A stretch of DNA of 64,000 bases from NCBI GenBank assembly GCA_913009895.1, contig CAJVXY010000005.1, forward strand, positions 2,026 through 66,025, written 5' to 3'. The translations under genes and the position numbers were made by a program. This DNA comes from an uncultured Acidiferrobacteraceae bacterium (GTDB taxonomy: Bacteria; Pseudomonadota; Gammaproteobacteria; Acidiferrobacterales; SZUA-150). A model generated the notes under the pieces. The model had not been told where the DNA came from and made no database searches. It worked only from the letters and a program-made list of their open reading frames with translations. This document shows, in pieces, positions 20,911 to 28,643 of the stretch (position 1 is its first letter; every line of letters starts with the position of its first letter).

Positions 20911-21244
20911 TATGGCCTCCATAATTCTTAACAAGGAGAGACGTAAATTTTGCTAATTTATTACGCTCACTTTTTGAAATGTTAGCCTTTTCGCTTTTAC
21001 CGAAAATAGTTAACAGGAATAAAGGCATAGATCCATGATGGTAATAATAAATAACACGAACTCCACCACTTTTACCTTTGCCGTGTGCCGACCATCGTAA
21101 CTTGCGAATGCCCCCAGTGCCTTGCATTATGTCGCCAGATGCAGGATGAGATGCTAAGTACTTGATAATACTTGCTCTTTCCAGCTCACTGAGTAATTTA
21201 TCTGGTTTTTTCAGAAATTCAGGGAGTTCTACGATAGTTTGCAT
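20903..21244 (-). CDS. RelE/HigB-like toxin (COG4737-like)
   Basis: MQTIVELPEFLKK...GTGGIRKLRWSAHGKGKSGGVRVIYYYHHGSMPLFLLTIFGKSEKANIS. The track ORF (to 21394) over-extends into the repeat region. Confidence 0.8.
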   Translation of the reverse strand: MQTIVELPEFLKKPDKLLSELERASIIKYLASHPASGDIMQGTGGIRKLRWSAHGKGKSGGVRVIYYYHHGSMPLFLLTIFGKSEKANISKSERNKLAKFTSLLVKNYGGHNE

Positions 21245-21311
21245 CTCTAGATGCATAATCCATTGGATTATAGCTGTCAATGTGAGTTTATGAGAAGAGG
21301 AAAGGGGTGGC

Positions 21312-22055
21312 TCACTCTGACCTGGTTTTTTTGGGTGGCGTGGTATTGTCAAACAAGTGACTTGACCCCCCTCTCTGACCCCCCTCTCTCCCAAACAAGT
21401 GACTTGACCCCCCTCTCTCCATTTTTGAACACCAAATTAGGTAATTTGTCATACATAAATCTATTCTAACTTTATATATTTTCTCATCTAGCAATTCAAT
21501 TAGAATTGGATAAGAATATTTTTTAAATAGTATATTATTATTTTTATAAATTTCTATTCCTTCTAATGTGGCATAGTTATAATTAACCCATTTTTTAATT
21601 TCATCTAAATCATTCAATATAATTTTTTTTATTTCGTTATTATTTTCTCCTTCAATTTCTAGTGATCCAAGGATAGTTTTTTCTTCTAGAATGATTGTTA
21701 TAGAAAGACTGCTATCTGGAAAATATTTAATTACGAAAGCAGGAATTAATATTTCAATTTTACTTCCGTTAAAATAAATACTTGCACTAGTAATTTGGCT
21801 CTGAATATCATTTATAGATATTAATTTTCTGGGTTCATAACTTACATCTGTAAAACACTGATATAAATAGTCTGATTCCATTAAACTTATTATTTTCGAT
21901 ATATTCTTTTTTCCTTTATTGTTATATTTACTACATATTGTTGCATCGCTTACTTTTGGGATTAATATTTTATGAATAGTACATGTGCAATTACCAGCAT
22001 TACTTATGAGAAAGAATTCACAATTTTTACAATTTTCATTATTAACAATCATCAT
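21312..22055 (-). CDS. Hypothetical protein, very AT-rich, with an N-terminal Cys cluster
   Basis: 247 aa. The N-terminus reads CKNCEFF...NCTCTIH...ICSKY. The last ~35 codons (ERGGSSHLFGREGGQRGGSSHLF...) are read from the 26-bp repeats. Confidence 0.5.
   Translation of the reverse strand: MMIVNNENCKNCEFFLISNAGNCTCTIHKILIPKVSDATICSKYNNKGKKNISKIISLMESDYLYQCFTDVSYEPRKLISINDIQSQITSASIYFNGSKIEILIPAFVIKYFPDSSLSITIILEEKTILGSLEIEGENNNEIKKIILNDLDEIKKWVNYNYATLEGIEIYKNNNILFKKYSYPILIELLDEKIYKVRIDLCMTNYLIWCSKMERGGSSHLFGREGGQRGGSSHLFDNTTPPKKTRSE
21351..21418. repeat. 26-bp direct repeat x2 (aaacaagtgacttgacccccctctct) with an internal 13-bp partial copy
   Basis: Full copies at 21351-21376 and 21393-21418; partial copy gacccccctctct at 21377-21389. 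Confidence 0.85.
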
Positions 22056-22168
22056 AGGATCTCTCTATTACCACTGCACCATGACCAAACCAAATAAATG
22101 GCATCATTATTATTGTCTCAATAAATCCTCTACTGTTCTTTCTCTTCTTCATTAGCCTATCCCAATAT

Positions 22169-22306
22169 CCAGCTCTTGTTATTCAATCCAAGATGGCGAT
22201 TGTGGGTGCTGCCATGCGTAAACTGGTGCATTTAATCTACGGCGTACTTAAAAGTGGTGTACTGTTTGATGCTGATTACGTGATGAAGCAAACTAAAAAT
22301 GCTTGA
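22169..22306 (+). pseudogene. C-terminal remnant of an IS110-family transposase
   Basis: Translation PALVIQSKMAIVGAAMRKLVHLIYGVLKSGVLFDADYVMKQTKNA-stop matches the conserved IS110 C-terminal tail (…MRKLLHIIFGVLKSGKPFD…). No upstream catalytic part is present. Confidence 0.6.
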
Positions 22307-22377
22307 CGGTCAAGACGGTATCTGACCCGGGTTTTCTCGTCCCCTATTGCGTTCTCTGACCCGGGGTTTTTTTGGTT

Positions 22378-22692
22378 TTAAATATTCAGAAACCATATGG
22401 CAGCAACCATCAACATAATCCCGCTTCCTATCAACCCAATCATGTGAGACAAATTTTTCTTACTAGGCTTATTGATGATAACCGATTTTGTGGGGTGAAG
22501 TGGATTCACAAAAATCTGTATCGTTTTATTCTCAAACCAATTCAACCAAAATCTTCTATCGCTCTCAATAACATTACCCAATTCATCTACCTCGGGCACC
22601 CAATAGTCTTTTATGCTAAAACCTACCTTGCCTGATATAAACTCTCTACCATTATACTGGTATCTATAATTTATTTTGGGGTAATGAATCAA
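22378..22692 (-). CDS. Hypothetical protein with a C-terminal TM helix (possibly DUF3592-like)
   Basis: 104-aa AT-rich ORF; the family assignment is from memory only. Confidence 0.45.
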   Translation of the reverse strand: MIHYPKINYRYQYNGREFISGKVGFSIKDYWVPEVDELGNVIESDRRFWLNWFENKTIQIFVNPLHPTKSVIINKPSKKNLSHMIGLIGSGIMLMVAAIWFLNI

Positions 22693-22695
22693 TTT

Positions 22696-22712
22696 AAGGG
22701 GTCAGTACCCTT
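22696..22712. repeat. REP hairpin, form A (aaggggtcagtaccctt)
   Basis: 5-bp stem around a 7-nt loop. It contains the stop codon and last codons of the adjacent Y1 transposase. Inverted copies lie at 23465-23481 and 25661-25677, with a partial copy at 26211-26220. Confidence 0.75.
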
Positions 22713-23400
22713 TAATTACACGTACTGGCCGACCGCGACGTGACTGCCCTACTTTACAGCCCAATGTCTGCTCTATCTGCTGACGAAAATAATCATTCCC
22801 CAGCGGTGTGCCTGTCTGTACTGTAGTCCGAATAGTATGCACCTGATCAGGCGCCAGCGCATTACAAAATAATTCCCGATAAGCGTGTTGGCGAAGCGCA
22901 GCACTTTTACCCAGCGCCAGGTATTGTTCATGAGGCGCAATAAGCCGATTGAATTTACCTGTGGCATTCGACCCGTAGCTTGACCAGGGGTAGTCAATGG
23001 GTTGGTTAACCATCCCTGCCCTTACCGGGTTGAGCTCTATGTAACGCATACAGGCCAATAAATAATACTCGCTATCAATAAGACACCCCTTGTGTCGCCC
23101 CTCCCAGAGTGTGCCGCTTTTTCCATAGCTGTGGTTAATATAGGGCACATAGTGACGACCAGTATGTTGAATGGTGAGGCTGATTGCTTCGGGGCTACGG
23201 GGTGTCATTAGTAAATGCACATGGTTTGTCATTAAGACATAAGCATGAATGACGCACCCATGTTTATTAGCGCCTTCGTATAACCAGTTAAGGTAAGCAG
23301 TGTAATTATCATTTTCAAAAAAGACTGCCTGCCGACAGTTGCCTCTTTGAATAATATGGGCCGGAATATCCGGAAGATAAAATCGGGGTTTACGTGGCAT
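22702..23400 (-). CDS. IS200/IS605-like Y1 (HUH) transposase of the REP-associated (RAYT) type
   Basis: 232 aa, MPRKPRF...HAYVLMTNHVHLLMTP (HUH)...GTLWEGRHKGCLIDSEYYLLACMRYIELNPVRAGMV...YPWSSY. It is bracketed by inverted REP hairpins. Confidence 0.8.
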   Translation of the reverse strand: MPRKPRFYLPDIPAHIIQRGNCRQAVFFENDNYTAYLNWLYEGANKHGCVIHAYVLMTNHVHLLMTPRSPEAISLTIQHTGRHYVPYINHSYGKSGTLWEGRHKGCLIDSEYYLLACMRYIELNPVRAGMVNQPIDYPWSSYGSNATGKFNRLIAPHEQYLALGKSAALRQHAYRELFCNALAPDQVHTIRTTVQTGTPLGNDYFRQQIEQTLGCKVGQSRRGRPVRVIKGY

Positions 23401-23464
23401 ATGAACATCCTTGTTCAGTTAATGACGTTTAAATTTTAACGGGTTTTTGTATTTAAGGGTACTG

Positions 23465-23481
23465 ACCCCTTTGTTACTTAA
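23465..23481. repeat. REP hairpin, form B (aagggtactgacccctt)
   Basis: Exact reverse complement of the 22696-22712 copy, on the other side of the Y1 transposase gene. Confidence 0.75.
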
Positions 23482-23623
23482 CCCTCTGGGCCAAATACGC
23501 CGGGTTAGCGGCACCGGCCAGGGCATCAAAACGATAACTGCCATGGCTTGCCAGTTTCACATAAGGGGTATTAAACAAACCGGCCTGACGGAAATGTTTT
23601 TTCCTGAGTTTGGGTTTGTTTTT

Positions 23624-24523
23624 TTAATATAGTTCTAGCGGGAATCTTACGCTGTGTGGATTTTCAATCCAAATAAAAAAAAGTTCCTGCAAACTAAAAT
23701 TACGCCCCCACAAACCCCAATAACTCAGCGCACTTTCCCTGATTGATTCTTCCAATTTCGTATTACGCATTGATTTTATAGCGACAAGATACGATTCCTG
23801 AATGTTTTTAATCTCCCCCCAGCCAGGATAGTTTCTAAATTCAAATGGAAAATATACTTTTGGTGCAAAAAACTTCGTACCAGAATCTGAATATGGAAGA
23901 ATAAAATACTTTTTCATGGTATTGATGACCTTAAAATCAATATCCTGATGAGCGATATAGGCTCTAAACTCTACCGCTTCTTTTCCAAGTATATGAACAA
24001 TATTTTTCGAGCTCATCGCTCTATCGAATAAGCCCATAATATTTTTACTTGTATAGTGCGATAAGGAAATTAATGCAAACCAAATATCCAATTGATATTC
24101 ATCTTTATCTAGTAACTTAGAAAATGTATAGATTGTTTCTTCTATTGCGCTCTCTTCACCAAACATAGTTTTAATAAACCTTACTGCCGCTTGACTTCGG
24201 ATATTTTTTGATGGTCCATGCAGTTCTTCATGTTCTTTTATGCAACTAAAAACAGTTCCCCGATCTAATGTCAGCAAGACATCTGACGGATACATTACGT
24301 ACATATCTTCATCATCAATGAATAATAACGAGACGGCTTTTTTTATAATTGCAGTATTTTTTTCAAAGTTATAATCAAGCTTAATTATTTCCTGTGTTGC
24401 ACGAAATGATGCATCTGATTTGGTTGAATCCAGGAATTCGAGTAATGTTAAAACAATTTTTTCCTTCTCGTAATCCTCGGTCGAATCACGAAATTCTCTT
24501 AAAATATCTTGAATTGGTCGCAT
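23624..24523 (-). CDS. Hypothetical protein, AT-rich, predicted alpha-helical
   Basis: The ORF track extends to 24634 through the MITE; the likely start is MRPIQDILREF (ATG 24523). No family recognised. Confidence 0.5.
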   Translation of the reverse strand: MRPIQDILREFRDSTEDYEKEKIVLTLLEFLDSTKSDASFRATQEIIKLDYNFEKNTAIIKKAVSLLFIDDEDMYVMYPSDVLLTLDRGTVFSCIKEHEELHGPSKNIRSQAAVRFIKTMFGEESAIEETIYTFSKLLDKDEYQLDIWFALISLSHYTSKNIMGLFDRAMSSKNIVHILGKEAVEFRAYIAHQDIDFKVINTMKKYFILPYSDSGTKFFAPKVYFPFEFRNYPGWGEIKNIQESYLVAIKSMRNTKLEESIRESALSYWGLWGRNFSLQELFFIWIENPHSVRFPLELY

Positions 24524-24572
24524 AATTATATTTTTTATCAAAACCCGAAAAACCCGGGTCAGAGAATAATGG

Positions 24573-24724
24573 CACTGACTTAAGCCCAATAAGTCTTTTG
24601 TGTAGGTTGGACTGAGGAACGAAGTCCAACGCAAGTGCTAAATAAAGCGCCGCTGTTGGACTTCGTTCCTCAGTCCAACCTACGGAGAACTATGTTTAAA
24701 CCAGATATTAGGCTTAAGTCAATG
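24573..24724. mobile_element. Palindromic MITE-like element, copy 2
   Basis: Same outer ends and the same perfect 29-bp arms (24602-24630 and 24655-24683) as copy 1. The 24-nt loop is the reverse complement of the copy-1 loop (22 of 24 positions). Confidence 0.8.
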
Positions 24725-24766
24725 CCATTAGGGTCTGCCATTAGGGTCAGTGCCATTAGGGTCAGA
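24724..24766. repeat. Tandem repeat gccattagggtc(n) x3
   Basis: gccattagggtct gccattagggtcagt gccattagggtcaga, abutting the MITE. Confidence 0.8.
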
Positions 24767-24786
24767 GAACAATTATTACTAATATA

Positions 24787-25526
24787 CTAATCAATGTAAT
24801 ACACACCCAAGCTTTCTTCAATACAGGGCCGTCCAGCCTGCCCTTTTCTTGTTTGTCTTTTGGTCATTTGTTCTATTTTATCTTTAAAATCATCTCGTCC
24901 TAACACCAATTCCTGATTCAGTGCTTCACGAATATCATGCAACAGGGTGCCATCCATATGATGGTGAAACAATTCCCGGTATGCGTGTTGTCTTGCGGCT
25001 GTTGTATTCGCTATTGCTAAATACAGGGGGTGGGGTGTTATCAATGTATCTGACCTGCTCTGGGCATGAAAGGCGTAACGGACCAACGATACTCGCCGGT
25101 ATGTTTAACCATGTTGGCACGAACAGGGTTGAGTTCAATGTAGCGCATACAAGTCAGCAGGTACGCTTCGCTATCAATCAGGCTGGCCTTAAACCGACCT
25201 TCCCAGAGCGTGCCAGAACGTTTGTATTCATGGTTAATATAACGGACATAACGCCTGCCCAGTGATTGCATGACTTCTGAAATACCGAATTCTGTTAAGG
25301 GCGTGATGAGCAGGTGTACATGGTTAGTCATCAAGACATAAGCATGGATATGACAATGAAACTTGTCACAGGCTGATTTCAGATCTTGTTTGTAGCGAAC
25401 ATAATCCTGTTCTGAAAAGAAACAAGGCTCACGATTGTGACCTCTTTGGATGATGTGTTGGGGTACGCCGGGCAGAGTAAAACGGGGTTTTCTTGGCATA
25501 TTCACCTCCTTGTGAATGGTTACCAT
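24787..25526 (-). pseudogene. Second Y1/RAYT-type transposase paralog, split by a frameshift near 25040-25090
   Basis: ORF 25041-25526 carries MPRKPRF...NHVHLLITP...GTLWEGRFKASLIDSEAYLLTCMRYIELNPVRANMV...YRWS. ORF 24787-25086 continues in another frame with YAFHAQ...ARQHAYRELF..., collinear with the intact paralog. Confidence 0.7.
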
Positions 25527-25590
25527 TTAAAATTATTATATGATTTTATTTTAAAATATTAGCAGTTATGTATATTAGAAGATATTGTTC

Positions 25591-25620
25591 TCTGACCCGG
25601 GTTTTTCTGACCCGGGTTTT
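25591..25620. repeat. 15-bp tandem repeat tctgacccgggtttt x2
   Basis: Read directly. Related single copies lie at about 22321-22336 and 22349-22366 and, in reverse orientation, at 24547-24564 and 24758-24770. Confidence 0.8.
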
Positions 25621-25657
25621 TCAGTTAATGACAGTTTAAATATTAACGCGTTATGAA

Positions 25658-25996
25658 TTAAAGGGTACTGACCCCTTTGTTGCCGCCTTTGTTGCCGCTA
25701 GTTTTTGGCTTGCCAATCTTATCGATTTTTAGCTGGATTATAAAAGGCGATATAAAAAATACTAAAGCAAAATAGCTTATTAAAATCTTTAACCATCTTG
25801 TCGACATCCCTGTACTGTAATAAGTCATTCCAAACAAAAAACCTAAGACAACCACAATTATTGCAAAAGGAAGCATTTTGAGTATATTGATGCTTAACAC
25901 TGAGCCACACTGTTTGCATATTAATCTTTTATAACGATTTAGAAATAGTAAATCTCTATATCGTATTTTTTCATTGCATTTTGGACATTTTTTCAT
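25658..25996 (-). CDS. Zinc-ribbon (CxxC...CxxC) membrane protein
   Basis: 112 aa, MKKCPKCNEK...ICKQCGS, then 2-3 TM helices. The C-terminal GNKGGNKGVSTL is encoded by a 12-bp duplication plus the REP. Confidence 0.5.
   Translation of the reverse strand: MKKCPKCNEKIRYRDLLFLNRYKRLICKQCGSVLSINILKMLPFAIIVVVLGFLFGMTYYSTGMSTRWLKILISYFALVFFISPFIIQLKIDKIGKPKTSGNKGGNKGVSTL
25661..25677. repeat. REP hairpin, form B
   Basis: aagggtactgacccctt. It supplies the last codons and stop of ORF 25658-25996. Confidence 0.75.
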
Positions 25997-26216
25997 TTTA
26001 CAAGTCTCTGTGGTTTAATAAAAAACTACTGTTGACAGTTCGCCTTTTCAAACTCGTCAGTGTACTGAATAAAAACATAACCAACTAAAGCGGCAACAAG
26101 AGCACCAATAAGCAGGCTCCTAGTAACTAATGAAAATGCTATGCCAACCAATATTGTCACTGCCGAGAAGGCAGCTATCAAAAATGCGAGGCTTTCACCT
26201 CCTGAATGTTAAGGGG

Positions 26217-26440
26217 TCAGGTTGCTTGCTTCACAATACTCTCAATCGCTTCATTTAGCCGATGTAAAAATACCTTGTTTTCCCGTTTCTTCTTTCTGAT
26301 CTGGTGGGTGATAAAACTCACCGAGCCAGCATGGCTGAGTTTAAAGCGCTCTGCAATGTCTTTGAGTGTTGCCCCAATTCCTGACACAAATTCATCGCAA
26401 TTTTACGTGTATCATTGCCTTTTTGAGAGCCATTAATCAC
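26217..26440 (-). pseudogene. Remnant encoding a DnaA-C-like HTH (possibly the 3' end of a third transposase-like gene)
   Basis: The minus strand reads ...GATLKDIAERFKLSHAGSVSFITHQIRKKKRENKVFLHRLNEAIESIVKQAT-stop. The upstream part (RKIAMNLCQELG) is in a different frame, and there is no intact start. Confidence 0.4.
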
Positions 26441-26803
26441 CGTTGTCAGCCGAGCAGGCGTGGTGTGCCGGGCGGGCCACCCCTTTAACAATCGCTGCCA
26501 TCAAGATGCCTGGCAGGTTAGCCCGACTTTTTCTGCCGCATCGAGCTAATGATATAATTCTATATTATATTTCAGGTTATTGACGATTATATCAATTTCT
26601 AACAATCCCGGATAACACAAAGCAACTAAAACAAGGCCTTACCAACACCCGCTCAACCAAAACGACCCCTTGCAACCACCTGTTATGGATCCCAAACAAG
26701 CTGTCAGCGGCAATGGTTTTGGTGTAGTCTTGGCCCTCATTTTGGGGGCGGCAGGCATTTTATGCTGTAATTCTCCTGTATAATCACACTATTAATTTTA
26801 AAA

Positions 26804-27331
26804 ATGCTAATGACTTCAGAAAAAAAACATAGTTTCACGCGTGATGAGTTACTCGATTGCGGGCATGGTAAATTATTTGGCCCGGATAACGCCCGTTTAC
26901 CACTGCCAAACATGCTCATGTTTGACCGAATTACCCGTATATCCGACCAGGGCGGCAGCAAGGGCAAGGGCGAGATTATTGCCGAATTGGATGTAACGTC
27001 TGATTTGTGGTTTTTTGGCTGCCATTTTGAGTCTGATGCGGTGATGCCTGGCTGTCTTGGGCTGGATGCCATGTGGCAACTGATTGGTTTTTACCTCGGC
27101 TGGGCCGGTGGTCTCGGTCGCGGGCGGGCACTGGGTGCCGGCGAGGTTAAATTTTCCGGGCAAGTCACGCCTGCTAATAAACTTGTGACATATCATGTGA
27201 ATTTGCGTCGCGTGATTATGAGACAATTGACCATGGGAATTGCCGATGCGACCATGAGCGTGGATGGCCGTGAAATATATTTTGCCAAAGACCTGCGAGT
27301 CGGTCTGTTTACGTCTACAGAAGATTTTTAG
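26804..27331 (+). CDS. fabA: 3-hydroxydecanoyl-ACP dehydratase/isomerase
   Basis: 175 aa, near-collinear with E. coli FabA ([12 protein letters not shown]...[27 protein letters not shown]...GEVKFSGQV). Confidence 0.96.
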   Translation: MLMTSEKKHSFTRDELLDCGHGKLFGPDNARLPLPNMLMFDRITRISDQGGSKGKGEIIAELDVTSDLWFFGCHFESDAVMPGCLGLDAMWQLIGFYLGWAGGLGRGRALGAGEVKFSGQVTPANKLVTYHVNLRRVIMRQLTMGIADATMSVDGREIYFAKDLRVGLFTSTEDF

Positions 27332-27341
27332 GGGGCAAGTA

Positions 27342-28559
27342 GTGAAACGAGTTGTTGTCACCGGTATGGGAATCGTCTCCAGTATCGGAAATAATAAAGA
27401 AACCGTAACCCGATCTTTGCGTGAAGGCAAATCAGGTATTGAGTTTTCACAAGAGTATGCAGACCACGGCATGCGCAGCCATGTCCATGGCGCGGTCCAT
27501 ATCGATATTGAAACATTGATTGATCGTAAAATTCGTCGTTTTATGGGTGATGCGGCAGCTTTCAATTATATCGCCATGCAAGAAGCCATAACCCACGCCG
27601 GTCTCGCGCCTGAGCAGGTTTCAAATCCTCGTAGTGGCATTATCGTCGGATCAGGCGGTTCCTCTCACGGCAATATCGTGATCGCGGCGGATTTGCTGCG
27701 CAATCGAGGTGTCAGAAAAGTTGGGCCTTACATGGTGCCGCGCACCATGGGTAGTACGACTTCGGCCAACCTGGCGACCGCATTTAAAATAAAGGGTGTG
27801 AATTATTCAATCAGCTCGGCCTGTTCAACCAGCGCCCATTGTATTGGTAACGCAGCTGAGATTATCCAGCTAGGCAAACAGGATATTATTTTTGCCGGTG
27901 GCGGTGAAGAATGCGGCTGGGCCTCCTCTTTAATGTTTGATGCCATGGGTGCACTGTCATCCAAATACAATGACCAGCCACACTCAGCTTCGCGCGCATT
28001 TGATGTCGACCGTGATGGTTTCGTTATTGCAGGGGGTGGTGGTGTATTAGTGATAGAAGAACTGGAACACGCACGTGCTCGGGGTGCAAAGATTATTGCA
28101 GAGCTTGTGGGTTATGGGGCCACTTCCGATGGACATGACATGGTGCAACCTTCAGGTGAAGGCGCAATCCGTTGCATGCAACAAGCAATGGCAACCACCA
28201 GCACCGCAATTGACTACATTAATGCCCACGGCACCAGCACTCCGGTTGGCGACGCGCAAGAACTAAAAGCAATAAACGAACTATTCAAGGACAAGCTACC
28301 ATATCTTAGTTCAACTAAATCCCTGACTGGTCACGCCCTGGGTGCGGCAGGTGTTAATGAGGCAATTTTTACTTTATTGATGATGGAGGGCGAATTCCTC
28401 GCGGCTTCTGCCAATATTGAAAACCTGGATCCGGAGGCAGGCGATATACCCGTGGTTCGTGAACTAATGGAAAATGTTAAAATCAACACTGCCATGTCCA
28501 ATAGTTTTGGGTTCGGTGGTACGAATGCCTGTTTGATATTTCAGCGTTACCAAGATTAG
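27342..28559 (+). CDS. fabB: 3-oxoacyl-ACP synthase I
   Basis: The likely GTG start at 27342 ([14 protein letters not shown]) follows an AGGGGG RBS; the track ORF start at 27264 overlaps fabA. It has the active-site [16 protein letters not shown] and the GHALGAAG box. Confidence 0.93.
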   Translation: MKRVVVTGMGIVSSIGNNKETVTRSLREGKSGIEFSQEYADHGMRSHVHGAVHIDIETLIDRKIRRFMGDAAAFNYIAMQEAITHAGLAPEQVSNPRSGIIVGSGGSSHGNIVIAADLLRNRGVRKVGPYMVPRTMGSTTSANLATAFKIKGVNYSISSACSTSAHCIGNAAEIIQLGKQDIIFAGGGEECGWASSLMFDAMGALSSKYNDQPHSASRAFDVDRDGFVIAGGGGVLVIEELEHARARGAKIIAELVGYGATSDGHDMVQPSGEGAIRCMQQAMATTSTAIDYINAHGTSTPVGDAQELKAINELFKDKLPYLSSTKSLTGHALGAAGVNEAIFTLLMMEGEFLAASANIENLDPEAGDIPVVRELMENVKINTAMSNSFGFGGTNACLIFQRYQD

Positions 28560-28580
28560 ATTTTTCCAGGGTCGTTGAAC

Positions 28581-28607
28581 AAAAGGGCCAGCAATGCTAG
28601 CCCTTTT
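28581..28607. terminator. Bidirectional terminator hairpin between fabB and the convergent lipoprotein gene
   Basis: aaaagggc-cagcaatgcta-gccctttt. Confidence 0.7.
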
Positions 28608-28643
28608 AATGTTCGGAGTTTACAATTTTTGAACAATCCAAAG

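Noticed and set aside
21310-25700. Possible CRISPR array, suggested by the recurring short repeats (tctgacccgggtttt, REP hairpins, 26-bp repeats).
   Set aside because: The repeats are of several unrelated types, occur in both orientations and are irregularly spaced at kb scale. They are separated by full genes rather than 30-40-bp spacers, and there are no cas genes.
26026-26181. Possible 51-codon TM peptide on the minus strand between the zinc-ribbon gene and the REP.
   Set aside because: It has only a TTG start 16 nt from the AGGAGG, which is too far. The GTG right after the RBS opens a 7-codon frame, so the evidence is insufficient.
20600-26450. Integron cassette array or CALIN (unidirectional small AT-rich ORFs, TA pair, palindromic inter-ORF elements).
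   Set aside because: No intI gene is present. I could not find paired RYYYAAC / GTTRRRY core sites at the element ends. The inter-ORF elements are heterogeneous, and Y1 transposase genes are interspersed. It remains worth a formal attC covariance-model scan.
26897-27565. 222-aa minus-strand ORF.
   Set aside because: It is antisense to the well-supported fabA and fabB genes, and its product is low-complexity and implausible.
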